Origin: Bugula neritina
Taxonomy: Eukaryota > Animalia > Bryozoa
Assembly: GCA_964035545.1 (NCBI GenBank)
Contig: OZ037772.1
Location: 9,789,150-9,853,149, forward strand
Direction of reading: 5' to 3'
DNA: 64,000 nucleotides
Numbering within the stretch: position 1 is the first letter of the stretch; every line of letters starts with the position of its first letter. The notes beneath the pieces were generated by a model. The model worked only from the letters and a program-made list of their open reading frames with translations. It was not told where the DNA came from and made no database searches. Made by a program: the position numbers and the translations under genes. Positions 23,989 to 37,200 of the stretch are shown here, one piece after another.

Positions 23989-26900
23989 TTACTGGCACTT
24001 TTTGTGGATAACATAGGCTGCAAACGCAAGCACACCCACCGCAGTCGCTGCCACCACAGCGCTGCCTATGTTGCTCTACAACAAATAGCAATCAGCATCA
24101 ATACAATATGTTACATTGTATGGCTTTGTCCTTCTGAAGAAGCATTCAGATAAATCTACATATTGGGAATAGAACCTGGTTCAAATGATGAGAAGCATGG
24201 CTTTGTCCTAATAAAAGAGCTTTAAATATTTTATAACTACAGTCTTACACTGTGCTGCTCTGCCTGCTGTTGCTGATGCCGTTCTTCACACGCTGCCTCT
24301 ACAGCTGTGACATTGGACTCTAAGTCATGTTCACTCTCACCCTCACCACTGTTTCCTCCAACAGACTCAGAGATCTCACCATCCACACCTATATTGAAAT
24401 GTATGTAATTTATGTTAATTTTCATAACATTAGCTTAGCTACTATATTATCTGTTCTGTAGCTTATACACTTATTTAAAGGAAATTTAATTCCCTGTTGT
24501 AAAGCTTTTATTGCTTGATTTGAATAATTCATTAACGTAATATGTAGCAACTGATCTACTTATGATCTATCATCAATTTATAAGTACTTGTCTTGCGTTT
24601 TTCTAACTCTTCTCAGTTTTGTCTTTGTGATACATTATCTTCAACACGAACTACATATATACTAAAAGAATATATTATAGTTACCAATACCTTGCTCAGG
24701 GGCTTGTAGCGCCCTCACCCCTGGCTCCCCACGGCTGCGAGAAATTGCGAGCTGTTGCTCGCGTAGAGCCCTTGCGGCTAGGCCATTGCCTAAAGTTTTA
24801 TTAAAATGTGAGTGTTTTCCTAAATATGTCAGGAATGTACAAAATTATTTGTGGACTTCTGCAGCTTTTAACTCTTTTACAAGTCCAAACTCATAAAACA
24901 GAAAATTTACTTGAAACATAAACAATATCATGCAAGAAAGTCAAGTATGTTTATGTAGTAAGTATTCATTAACAACTCTGTGCTTTCAGCCTTTCAATCT
25001 GTCTATAAATGCAGTGAAACCTTCAACTCAAATATCTAGACACTACTAATATAATCAACAAGCAAACGTAAACAAATACCAAAATTAGCTGATAATGTGC
25101 CATAAAGTGTAATCAATTTTTTTGTAAAAGTTTAATATGTACTATTTTAAAGTTTCAAGTTGAAATTAGGTAACCTAGATGTCTGTTGTAAGAATTGGAC
25201 AGTGAAGAATATGAAATATAGATAAACAATATCAGCGTTTCACTGCATTGATGATGAAAGCATTAGTTTAAAATTTGATTATGACAGATACTCTTGGAAA
25301 GTAAAAATATAGGCGCTGACAGGTTTTCAGTTTCAGGTATATGTTTTAGCATATTTGAGTTCCATGAATAGAGTTATAATTGTTTATTATAAATTTTAAA
25401 TTTTTTCAAGTAGTAAGACCTTTCATAAATTTCTAAAAAGTTCAAAAGTAACTTTGTGGATAAAGTTCTAAAACACTCACCAGATGCAGTCGTGGGGTCT
25501 GGCACAATCAACCCGTTGCCACCAGAAACCTCCACCCTGAAAACACGGTAGAGAGCTGATGCGCAACCGGGCTCAAGAGTCACCGTGGATGGATACTAAA
25601 ATTGACAGAAAGTCCTCTTTGAGCACAAACAAAACACATTTGTATGCAAGAACTAATTTACAGAGGTCAAATTCATGCACAACAACTCATCATTGATTTA
25701 CACGAAGTGACTGGAAGTTGCCTTAGCCTGAGAAAAATAACTCAGGATATTAATGGAAGTTTATAAATATATTTTATTCACAGACTATAGTATTTGAATA
25801 TCTGTAACACTTACGAAAGCCTCAATCTGCTCGCAGACTTCGGCCACCTCCTCTTCACTGACTGAGAGCAACAGAGCTAAATATAATATAAAGTCAATTT
25901 TTAGATTAAAACAATAGGTTTTATATGCACCAATAATTGCGATTGAGAACATAACTTATGTATTTGCATGTGTAAACTACTTTGTTTTGAGTTCAAATTT
26001 AAGTTCATGTCAGAGTTGTTTGAAACACTTTCATGGTAATTAGGTTTAGGAGATTTCCCCTAGAGGTAATCATATTTAGTGCTACAGATAACTAAACTAG
26101 AAAAAAGGGCATTTTATCTATTACCAAATGTATGTGGAAATCACTGTGAGTCTGCAACACCAACAATTGAACATAAATAAATGATTTTCTAGTCAGTATT
26201 TGAACAGATTTGAGTATACTGCGAAAGAAAAGTCCGCTATACAGACATACAAACATGATGCAAACAGCCACCCTCCATGTTATTAGAGCCACAAGTTACT
26301 GCTAACAGCCAACACAAATTACATAATATAATCATATTGATTATGTAACATAAACCAACCTGGGGCAGGTTCTTCCTCTTCAGATGAGGAACTCAGATCC
26401 ATGAGATCCATGAACCTGTCCAGCTCTGTCTGGGGCTCACGAGGACGCGCTGTAATTAAACATAATATATTATAGTTTCATTAATATCATATATTGTCAA
26501 TGTTACTGCAACATTTAGCTACACAACCACAGAAACATGTTTTGGATCATTGACTTTGAGTAGCACAATATTATATCAGCAATGATATATAGTGATATTT
26601 GTCTAAGTTTTTGCTAAGGGCTTTTCCTGACTATTAATAACGTTTAGGTGAATTCATTAACCAAACTATGTTTAATAATAAAGACAATACAGCATTTAAC
26701 AAGAAGCTAAATTGTACAAAATAGAAACTTTGTGAAATTTCAACTCAGTGAACTAATTTATGTAGTAGTGCTGTAATTGATCATGCAGTTGTTTACCAAA
26801 CTTGAGTTGCACAATAACTAGAAAGATTAGTCCATCATATGTACACATACAAGTTACATATTAAACAGTCAACTAATATAAACATTTTGAGTACAGAATA

Positions 26901-28327
26901 TCAGCTTACCAGGTGATGGTACCTCCTCATCAGATGATGAGGAGCCTCCATAGACGTCCTCGAACCCGTCCAGCGGGTTACCAGTCTCAGAGGCTACAAT
27001 ATATATAAACGTGTTTAATATTTAAAATATGGTGAATGTATATTCACAACATCAAGCTACACTACTACATTGCTTTACATACTATTTTACAATAGGTTTT
27101 TCTAGTGCCTGTTTAAATATGTGTATATTACTATATTATAATAAAAAAAATATGAAGAAATTTGGTCATCTTTACCTACTAGCCAGAGTTTTGGACAAAA
27201 TTTATACGTATATATGCAAAAGCCAATAACTTTGACTGATAAAATCTAGTTTTGATTACAACATAAATCATTCATGTTGAATGATCTACATAAATTGATT
27301 ATTATTTTTGAAAAAAAATATGTTTGACAATATTTTTTACTAATGTTGGTGCAATAGGAATCAGCTTGGCTCGAAATCGTAATTATACACATAAAATTTT
27401 CAAAAATATTGTCAATTAAAAAACTAGGAAGTTACCTGCAATAGAATAATTTACCTATATAATAAACTGAGTGTACTAGTACTAGTACCACTATAACATT
27501 ACCAACACACAAACACCTCAATATGATGACTACACTATATGAAAAGCTAGCCTACCAGGTGCAGCTTCTGTCTCGGTCTCGTAGAGAGAGCAGACGAGAC
27601 TAACCATCTCATCCAGTCCAGCAGGTTCTGCGTCGTCTGCAATTAACATACATTTATGTTACCAAACTTTAGAGATGTTTTTCTCTTGACAAATGAAAAG
27701 GAAAAAGTAGCTACAACTTGACACCAGAAAAAATAGAATCTCTAATGTTTGAATAGAATTCAAGGAAACTAAGAAAACAGCTCAGATGTTAAATTATAAC
27801 AACACTGTCTCTGAAAGTTATATGAAGTTATTATCGGAAGATAATGTAAATTTTATCCTTGAGGTTGCTAACATAATTGCTGTAATACATAGAAGATGCA
27901 AATGGATTCACTATACAAGTTGCTTCCTAGTTAAGATTTACTCACCAACAGCTGGTGCTGTTGCCAGAGGAGCAGCCTGTGGGGTGACTCTTGGAGAGGT
28001 CTCAGGTGTTTCAGGTGTTGAGGTCACCTGTGAGGTTGGGGGAGCAGCTTGCGTAGTGACCGTTGGTGGGGTGCACGGGGTGGCAGAGAATGTTTGGCTA
28101 GCCGGTGGAGCCGCTGGTGGAGCCGCTGGTGGAGCCGCTGGTGGAGCCGCTGGTGGAGCCGCTGGTGAAGCCGCTGGTGGAGCCGCCGGTGGAGCCGCTG
28201 GTGGAGCCGTTGGTGGGACCTGAGGTTGTGCTGCCTCAAAAATGGCCGGGTCTGTGGTCTGAGACGGGGAAGCTGTCAAGGCCCGGCAGACCGTACTCCC
28301 GCAACTATCTCCATGGGGACACTGCAT
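23989..28327 (-). CDS. Tail-anchored, PPAA-repeat, acidic protein, copy 1 (379 aa, 9 coding exons)
   Basis: Exons 28327-27946, 27636-27556, 26993-26910, 26449-26360, 25876-25815, 25595-25481, 24789-24691, 24388-24249, 24075-23989. All GT-AG and phase-consistent (1140 nt). Ends SNIGSAVVAATAVGVLAFAAYVIHKKCQ*. Confidence 0.85.
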
Positions 28328-30586
28328 CTCCCAAATAGAAGCTGGAAATAAATTTGACCAAAGGTTATATAAGCAAATTATAATATCAATTATTATTTTC
28401 TTTGTTAAATTGCAATTTGGTTCCTTCCAAACCAAAACTTCATGATATTCGCGCTTAGATTTCTTTAGTTACAGTTTTATGTGAAACGCTTTTTCTGTTT
28501 ATGATTGAAATTTTAGTGTAGCTCTATATTATTTCTCTTCTATAAAACAAAAACATGAACCCAAAAGCTAGTTTAGGATTTCAACTACATCTAAACTTAC
28601 AAGATATATGTAAGGTTCTAATTATTATTCTGGTATAGTTAAAAAAGTAGAATGCAAGACATTTTACAATTACCAAGTTTTTCACAGCTTTCAGTTTTCT
28701 TTGCGGTCGTAGTCTCTGTATTTCCCATATTGTTTCTTATAATTTAAATAATGCGTTTAGTGTTCCTGAGAGTATTCGAGTATAAGCGATGCCTCAACGA
28801 ATGATAGTTTCATCTAATTGTTGTGGCTTCACAGTTTTTGCTTGCAAAATTTCAGCATAGCTAAAATTCTTCATTCCATTAAAATATGTACATGGGCACA
28901 CAATTCCTCACTTTAAATTACTTAATTTTCCTTTTTCCTGCAACTTTCTTACTATAAATTTTAATTAGTATAACATAGTATTTTTTATGTAAAAGTAACT
29001 GTAACTTACAAAACTTTGATAGCAAATTTTACTGCTATTGAATTCCAGCCTTTTAAAAGAAAAATATTATATTTTTATATGAGATTAAAGCATAACATGA
29101 CTATAAAAGAAATGTAGTTTGAACATAGATTATGTTGTAGTGTTATACATGACTGTATGGGTTGCCTTATTTCATCATCTCCATATAAAACACATATCAA
29201 GTATAACAAGTGGTGAAAATTTAATCTAGTAGGCAAGAATACTTTTAGAGTAATAAATTACTGTTTTTTATTTAATGAAAGTATCTTCAGTATTTTTTGC
29301 TAATTTGCTACTGAAAAATTTTTCTCTATACAAGACAGAAATATAGTGTCTGCACTGAGACGGTATAGTACTGATGCCTATTTATTTAAACACGGACTCT
29401 TCTTAATTCGACTCTAATTATTGTTATTTTAGTTAAAAGTGTAAATTTTTCTTATCTAAAGCTGTAGCCTGCAAGTATAAATATAGTAAGTTTGAGTTAC
29501 ACTTATTTTACAGTTAGTGGTAAAAAAGCAAAATAAGAAACTGAAAATAGATTATTACTTACAACTATTTTGTCAATAAAGTGAAAGCTATGTACATTTT
29601 GGTGTAAACAAAAAGTATGGTTGAAGTGAAGAAAGCTAATTTTCTTTCTGTTTTTTTTATTAGCTGCATGCACACCGATTCATATCACAATATTGATAGC
29701 TAGCATTCAACAAGCTACTGCCTACTAGTTTATACCAACAAGCTACCTAGCTCCTGCATGCTACTGAGAGTTAAAAAATAATTTTTGTTTGCAGGAATAT
29801 TAGGAAACATAAGAGAACAGCTTCAAAAATAATAAATGAAATAATACATCCAAACAAAAAGGACCTACAATATTATAATCAGATAGTTGCTGTTTCGTTT
29901 CAAAATCTACGCTTGCATATTACATGGGCACTAATTCAATAAAATGAAATAAAAAAGAACACAGTAACTGGGTGAGTTAGCTCTATAATATTTTTATAAT
30001 TATAATATGTTTTTAGACTGCAGCAGTCTTCCTTGTTATTTTCTGAATTTTAAAATTAACAATGACATGTTAACTTTGTCAGCAACTAAAAAATGTGTTT
30101 ATAGTCAGGGTTGTGCCCACACTGCAAACTCATGTACAGACATGTGTCAAAGGTTATGAACAGAAAAAAATTATTTGTGTAACAGTTCTAGGTATGTTTC
30201 TGAAGCAGCTGCATTTACTTTTTTTGTAAGAGTTATAGAGGTTTCTGCCATTAATAAAATTACATAACCTGTTCTCCTGTTTAACAATTTTTTAAACAGA
30301 AATTTATTAAAGATAAAACTGCAACAGTTTTTTTAACTCACAACATAAAAGTAAATGAATATAAGTATAATAGTTGAAATAACAATACTGGTAATAATAA
30401 TATCTTTTATATGGCTGATAAATCAGTTTCACAAGTTGCATAGTCTTGCAACTACTATAAGTCAAAAGTGTGAGTTTCGCTTTGAGAAACTAGCAGTGCT
30501 GCTTTTGGGTTATTTTTCAGATGAGCTGTCACGTTGATTTGTCTGTGTTATGCTTTGTAACCTGGATTACATTTAGAAAGAATGTT

Positions 30587-30946
30587 CAGTTGTACTCAGT
30601 GTAGTTTGAAGTAGTGTCAGTTATACTCGGTGTAGTTTGAAGTAGTGTAAGTTATACTCGGTGCAGTTTGAAGTAGTGTCAGTTATACTCGGTGTAGGTT
30701 GAAGTAGTGTCAGTTATACTCATTGTAGTTTGAAGTAGTGTCAGTATAATCGGTGCAGCTTGAAGTAGTGTCAGTTATACTCGGTGTAGTTTGAAGTAGT
30801 ATCAGTTATACTCGGTGTAGTTTAAAGTAGTGTCAGTTATACTCGGTGTAGTTTGAAGTAGTGTCAGTTATAATCGGTGCAGTTTAAAGTAGTGTCAGTT
30901 ATACTCGGTGTAGTTTAAAGTAGTGTCACTTATACTCGGTGTAGTT
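30587..30946. repeat. 31-bp minisatellite, ~11 copies
   Basis: Same unit as 20047-20456. Confidence 0.95.
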
Positions 30947-31029
30947 CAATAAGCAAAGTTGTGGGAGCTGCCTAGTTAACCCTAAGCTTGCCATGTGTGA
31001 GAGCTGCCAGATGTTTGATCCTTGCAGCA

Positions 31030-32510
31030 AGAAAACGTGGTGTCAACAGGTAGCTTGTTAGTAAAATTAGGAAACTAGCGCTAAGTTGCAATCGAGGTTG
31101 AATCTAACATATTGAGTGATCCCACTGGTTTTAAAGATAGTGGGCTGAAATAATCGGAATTCAAATATTTTAGAATTGCTGCGAGTATCTCCGATAACAT
31201 TATCATAGTCGTTGATTAGCAGTTGAAATGTTCTGTAGCATTCTATATCAGCCTTGTTGAATTGAAAAGTAGACAAGTTTTTTCTCTGAAAATGCTTAAT
31301 TAGCAAAACTCAGGTAAAACCTGAGTTTATTAGATGTGAGGCTTGCCAAACAGTTGATGCAGTTTTGCGTGAAGAAATCTTTGTGGCAACACCAAGCTTG
31401 CCGGCATAAGGAAACTGGCACCAGGTCTTCAACCCAATACACGGACACAACTTGTCCCGTTGATGGTAGACTGTAAAGTTGAAAGTAAAGTAGTGAGGGT
31501 GGGAAGGTTTCCCAACTCAATCCAGAAAAAATCAATTGAAATTTGCCGTGGTTCTACTGGATTTTAATGTTTTATATATAACTGAGGGTTAATATACAGA
31601 AGGGCTGATCAGAACAGTTGGTATTGACCTAACTTACACAATACTACTGGTTGAAATAGTGTCAAACGTTGTGTCACCAGTTTTCATTGTATTCATCAAT
31701 TGGAAATGTCCAAGTTTTTTGTTGTCAGGCTAAATAATATTGACAGGATACTACTTCTGCAGCTGTATCTAACATAACGAGTAGCAAGACTGGTGTTTGA
31801 GATGGTGAACTGAAGAGTACTGAGTGCAAATATATCCCAAGTGATGAAAGCATCTTCAAACATATTGTCACGGTATAGTTAGCGTAGACTGTCCAGGAGC
31901 ATTCCATACATCTGGCTGAATTCTCTAAAGTAAACCAGTTTCCTCTTTAGAAGCACAGAATCAGCAAAACTTAGAAAGGTATTTCCCATTTGACCTCTTG
32001 CAGAAGAGAGCTCTGTGCTTGCTGGGGTTGAAAATGGAAACTCTAGGATTGACTGCAAATATTTTATAACAGCTTAACATTAATGCATTTTATTATTCTA
32101 CAGAACAATATCATACATATTTTATCTAGAATATTACTAGTTTGAAGAAAAAAAATTCTATGTTTTAAATGATATAAAGTGAGGTATTTTTAGTCCTTTT
32201 CAAACTTGATTGTTACTAACATTCATTTGAATCAGTTGGCTCAAAATCAATGTTGGAAAACATATTAAAATATAAATAATAAATACTTGGCCTTCAACCT
32301 GACAGAAGCTAAACACATTCTTCTTTGCTTCATATGATGTATCAGTTACCCAGGAGAATGGCGATTTCAGAGTATTTCTGTATTGTTGATGTTACTTGCA
32401 GGAATGATCAGTACCATGTGTAGACTCAGTTCTATGTGAGGTAAATCAGATTTGGAGCACACACATATGTCTTGTGCCACACTGAAGCATAATTGTTCTG
32501 TTGATTAGAG
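31030..32510 (+). pseudogene. NHL-gene pseudogene (unit 2)
   Basis: Copy of 20540-22010. Confidence 0.85.
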
Positions 32511-34276
32511 CTACTGACTACGACAGTGTTTTAGGATTGGCTGATAAATCAGCATTTATATGAACTCTCATAGTAATGATCTTACTATATAGATGAGAGC
32601 CTTGCTAGAAGATTAATCTTGCTTTAGGATCGGCATTCTTCCTGCCAACAGACAGCTTGTAAGTAAAGGTAAGCTTTTCACCAAGGTGCCTAAGATCTAA
32701 CTAGGAAGCCACTTGGTTGTTGGTACACAGCCTGTGAGAATTTGAAAAAATTACGTACATAACACCGTAAAGTGGATGCAGAGCAGCCAACAGTTTGGCT
32801 AGAACAATTGCAAAAACTTTGCCAGTCTTGGAGGTTTTGGTAAAGCTCTTTGAGAAGCTGATTTTTAGAAAGCCAGGAGAGATTGAGGTGCCATGCTTGT
32901 AGAAAAACAATATAGGTATTTTCAATTGAGCAAACATGTTTACTACTTTGTGCATGGTGTTCCTTTTAGTTCTAAATTGTCTCAGTTCAGTTGAACCCGC
33001 AAAGTTTTGGGAAGCTGTCAAGTGAAGTCTTAACTTACTGGGGGTTGGAGACCAGATTTTGGCAGCACAGAGATACCTGAAGTTGTTGGAACACAGCCTG
33101 TAGGTATTGGAGAACAACAAATAAGAGACTACTTTGAGATGAATTCAGAGTACACCAAAGATTTGAGGTGGCTGCATAGAAACTGACAGTTTAGCTAGAG
33201 TGACTGCAAAACTACGATTGCTGGTCATGCAGGGTTTGGTAAAACCTTTTGAGAAGCTGGGACAGATGTGAATTGTCCACCCTGAGAGCAGGTACTTGTA
33301 GAAGAAATATATGAGTTTTTCTGATATATCGGTCATATAGACCCTTTTGTGTCCCTTTTGATTCGGAGTTGTCTTAGCAAAATACATGTGATTTAAAGAA
33401 GCAGTTATTATCACTTCAATTATTTATGTGATACTGCACATCGTTAGTCACAGAGGTTAGTGAAGAGCTGTCCCGAGAGCAAAGGAAGTCATAGATCACG
33501 GAGTTACAGAGAAACTACCTTGACTGACATCAGCAATGATGCTGTGAAGCTGACGCAATGCACAGAATAGTATATTAGTTCCATGCTACAACTTGTTGGT
33601 AAACGAAGCAGACTGCATGGTGAGAGAGATGAGAACTACTGATGTGAATGTAGTTGTGTCAAGAAAGAGAGTGCTTAAGAGATGCTGGTAAACTGCCAGT
33701 CAAGTGTGAGCTGTGACAGTATATTCGAGCTTAAAACGCCAAGAACAAAGCTGGCTGCATGACCAGGGAGAAATGAAAACTACTGATGTGACTGCATCCG
33801 TAGCACTGGCTAGGCGTTAATTGGGGAGATGCCTTTTGAGGTATTTGGCTTCTCGAGATGTGTGGCCATGTAAAACTACAAAAAGTCAAAAACAACAATT
33901 TGCTGCACATATATATTCACCAAACAGAGCATAGCACTTTATAGAACATGATGCCAGGCAGTTAATAGAAGTGTCAGCTTTACTTATTATATAAATGTCA
34001 GTTGCTAGCAGAAAGAATAATAGCAATGATAAATGAAAATGATGTTTGTCTCATTGAGCCTAGTGATTGTAAGCAACTCTTTTGTTGCCCAATTACCATC
34101 ATACTTTTACTATCAATCCATTTTAAAGGCATGCGACTTAAATTTGTTTTTCTCTTAACCATTTACAACTTCTCACTACTCAATTTGTTGTGGGTGCAAG
34201 AATCTATTTATCTTCGATTTACATGGAAGTGAAAGCCTGCAAAATTAACTTACCTCTGTCATAGCACCGTATGGTG

Positions 34277-37200
34277 TTACTGGCACCTTTTATACAGTGC
34301 GTAGGCTGCAAACGCAACCACACCCACCGCAGTCGCTGCCACCACAGCGCTGCCTATGTTGCCCTATAACAGATAGCAATCAGCATCAATAGAATATATT
34401 ACAGTATACGACTTTGCTCTTCTTAAGAAGCTTTCAGAAAAATCTAAAAATTGGGAAAAGAAAATAATTCAATTTAATAGGAGCATGGTTTCGTGGTAAA
34501 CTAGAGTAACTTGACAACAAGAAAGCCTTAAATATTTTAGAACTACAGTCTTACATTGTGCTGCTCAGGCTGCTGATCTTCACTCGCTGCCTCTCGAGCC
34601 AAGACATGGGTTACCAAATCAGGCTGTGAGGCGCTTCCTCCACCAAGTAGTGGCTCTTCTGGAAGCGCCGAGAGGACTGCCTCACTACGGCCCGCTCTGC
34701 CAGAGACTTCACTCAGATCTCCACCATCCTGAGCTATAATGAATTGAATGTAATTTATGTTAATTATCAAAATGTTCTGCTAACTCTTATAAGTTCTCAT
34801 TTCATGCATTTGCAGCTGTTTAACATATACACTAGCTGTTCTAAAAATAGTTTATCTTCCTGATGGATCGACTTCATTGTTTGAGTTGAATAATTCATAA
34901 ACTTAACATGTAGCAACTGATCTACTTATAATCTATTATGGAATAAAAAGTTGTTTTGCGTTGTTCTAACTTTTGTCAGTTTGGCATTGTGATGCATTAC
35001 TTTCAACACAAACTATGAAGAATATGATATATACCTTGCTGAGGGGCTTGTAGTGCCCTCGCCCCTAGCTCCCCACGGCTGCGAGAAATCGCGAGCTGTT
35101 GCTCGCGTAGAGCCCTTGCGGCTAGGCCATTGCCTAAAGTTTTAATAAAATGTGAGTGTTTTCCTAAATATGTCAGGAATGTACAAAATTATTTTTGGAC
35201 TTCTGCAGCTCTTAACTCTTTTACAAGTCCAAACTCAATAAGACAGAAAATTTACTTGAAACTTAAACAATATCATGCAAGAATGGTCAAGTATGTCTAT
35301 GTATAGTAAGTATCCATTAACAACTCTGTGCTTTCAGCATTTCAATCTGTCTATAAATGCAGTGAAACCTTCAACTCAAATATCTAGACACTATAACTAA
35401 TATAATCAACAAGCAAACGTAAACAAATACCAAAACTAGCTAATATAATGTGCCATAAAGCGTAATCAAATTTTTTGTAAAAGTTTAATATGTACTATTT
35501 TAAAGTTTCAAGTTGAAATTAGGTAACCTAGATGTCAGTTGTAAGTTATGGACAGTAAAGAATATGAAATATAGATAAACAATTTTGGCGTTTTACTGCA
35601 TCGATGATGAAAGCATTAGTTTGAAATTTGATTATGACAGATACTCTTGGAAAGTAAAAATAAGTGCGCTGACAAGTGTTCAGTTTCAGGTATATGTTTT
35701 AGCATATTTGAGTTCCATGAATAGAGTTATAATTGTTTATTTAAACTTTAAATGTTTTCAAGTAGTAAGACCTTTCTTTCAAGTCACTATTTACATCAAT
35801 TTCTAAAGATTTCTAAAACCTTTGTGGATAAATTTCTAAAACACTCACCAGATGCAGTCGTGGGGTCTGGCACAATCAACCCGTTGCCACCAGAAACCTC
35901 CACCCTGAAAACACGGTAGAGAGCTGAGGCGCAACCGGGCTCAAGAGTCACCGTGGATGGATACTAAAATTAACAGAAAGTCCTCTTTGAGCACAAACAA
36001 AACACATTTGTATGCAAGAACTTATTTACAGAGGTCAAAGTTATGCGCAACAAATCATTATTGATTTAAATAGTGTAACGAAAATTTGCCTTAGCCTGTT
36101 TGAATAGAAAAATAACTCAGGATATTCATGAAGGTTGATAAATATATTTTATTTACAGACTATAGTATTTGAATATCTGTAACACTTACGAAGTCCTCAA
36201 TCTGCTCGCAGACTTCGGCTACCTCCTCTTCACCGACTGAGAGCAACAGAGCTAAATATAATATAAAATCAGTTTGAAATTAAAACAATAAATTTTATAT
36301 GCACTAATAATTGTGATTAAAAACATAACTTATGTATTTGCATGTGCATGTCTAAGTTCATATCAGAGTTGGTTGAAACACTTTCATGGTTTTTAGGTTT
36401 AGGAGATTTCCCCTAGAGGTAATCTTACTTAGTGCTACAGATAACTAAACTAGAAAAAGGGCATTTTTTCTATTACCAAATGTATTTGGAATTCACTGTG
36501 AGTCTGCAACATCAAAAATTGAACATAAATAGTTGATTTTCTAGTCAGTGTTTGAACAGATTTGAATTTACTGCGAAAGAAAAGTCATGCTATACGGACA
36601 TACAAACATGATACATACAGCCTACCCTTCATGTTATTAGAGCCACGAGTTACTGCTAACAGCCAACACAAATTACATAATATAATCATACTGATTATGT
36701 AACATAAACCAACCTGGGGCAGGTGCTTCCTCATCAGATGAGGAACTCAGATCCATGAGATCCATGAACCTGTCCAGCTCTGTCTGGGGCTCACGAGGAC
36801 GCGCTGTAATTAAACATAATATATTATAGTTTCATAAATGTCATATAATGTCAATGTTACTGCAACATTTAGCTGCACAACCACAGAAAACTGTTTTTGC
36901 ATCATTGACTTTTAGTAGGATTATATTATATCAGCAATGATTTATAGTAATATTTGTCTAAGGCTTTGCTAAGGGCTCTTCCTGACTATTAATAATGTTA
37001 AAATGAATTCATTAACCAAACTATGTTTAATAAAAAAGACAATACAGCATTTAACAATTGAAGCTAAATAGTACAAACTAGAAACTTTCTAAAATCTCCA
37101 CTTAGGGAACTAATTCATGTAGCAGCTCTGTAATTGGTCAGTTTCTTTACCCAACTTGAGTTGCACAATAACTATAGAGTGAATAGTCTATCATATGTAC

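Larger units (their letters stand above)
19575..30117. repeat. Segmental tandem duplication, unit 1 (~10.5 kb)
   Basis: Anchor cacact(a/g)caaa.tcatgta.agaca recurs at ~19575, ~30118 and ~40745; content is colinear throughout. Confidence 0.92.

Noticed and set aside
28286-28327. Canonical CCCH zinc finger at the N-terminus of the tail-anchored protein
   Set aside because: C-x5-C-x4-C spacing is present but the final His (x3-H) is absent; reported only as a Cys/His knuckle.
27786-28338. Plus-strand GGAA/EPLV ORFs and the alternative-frame HQRL ORFs (also near 38.1-38.6 and 48.9-49.3 kb)
   Set aside because: Antisense or alternative frames of the stop-free 12-bp repeat; only the PPAA frame has flanking splice sites that join downstream exons in phase.
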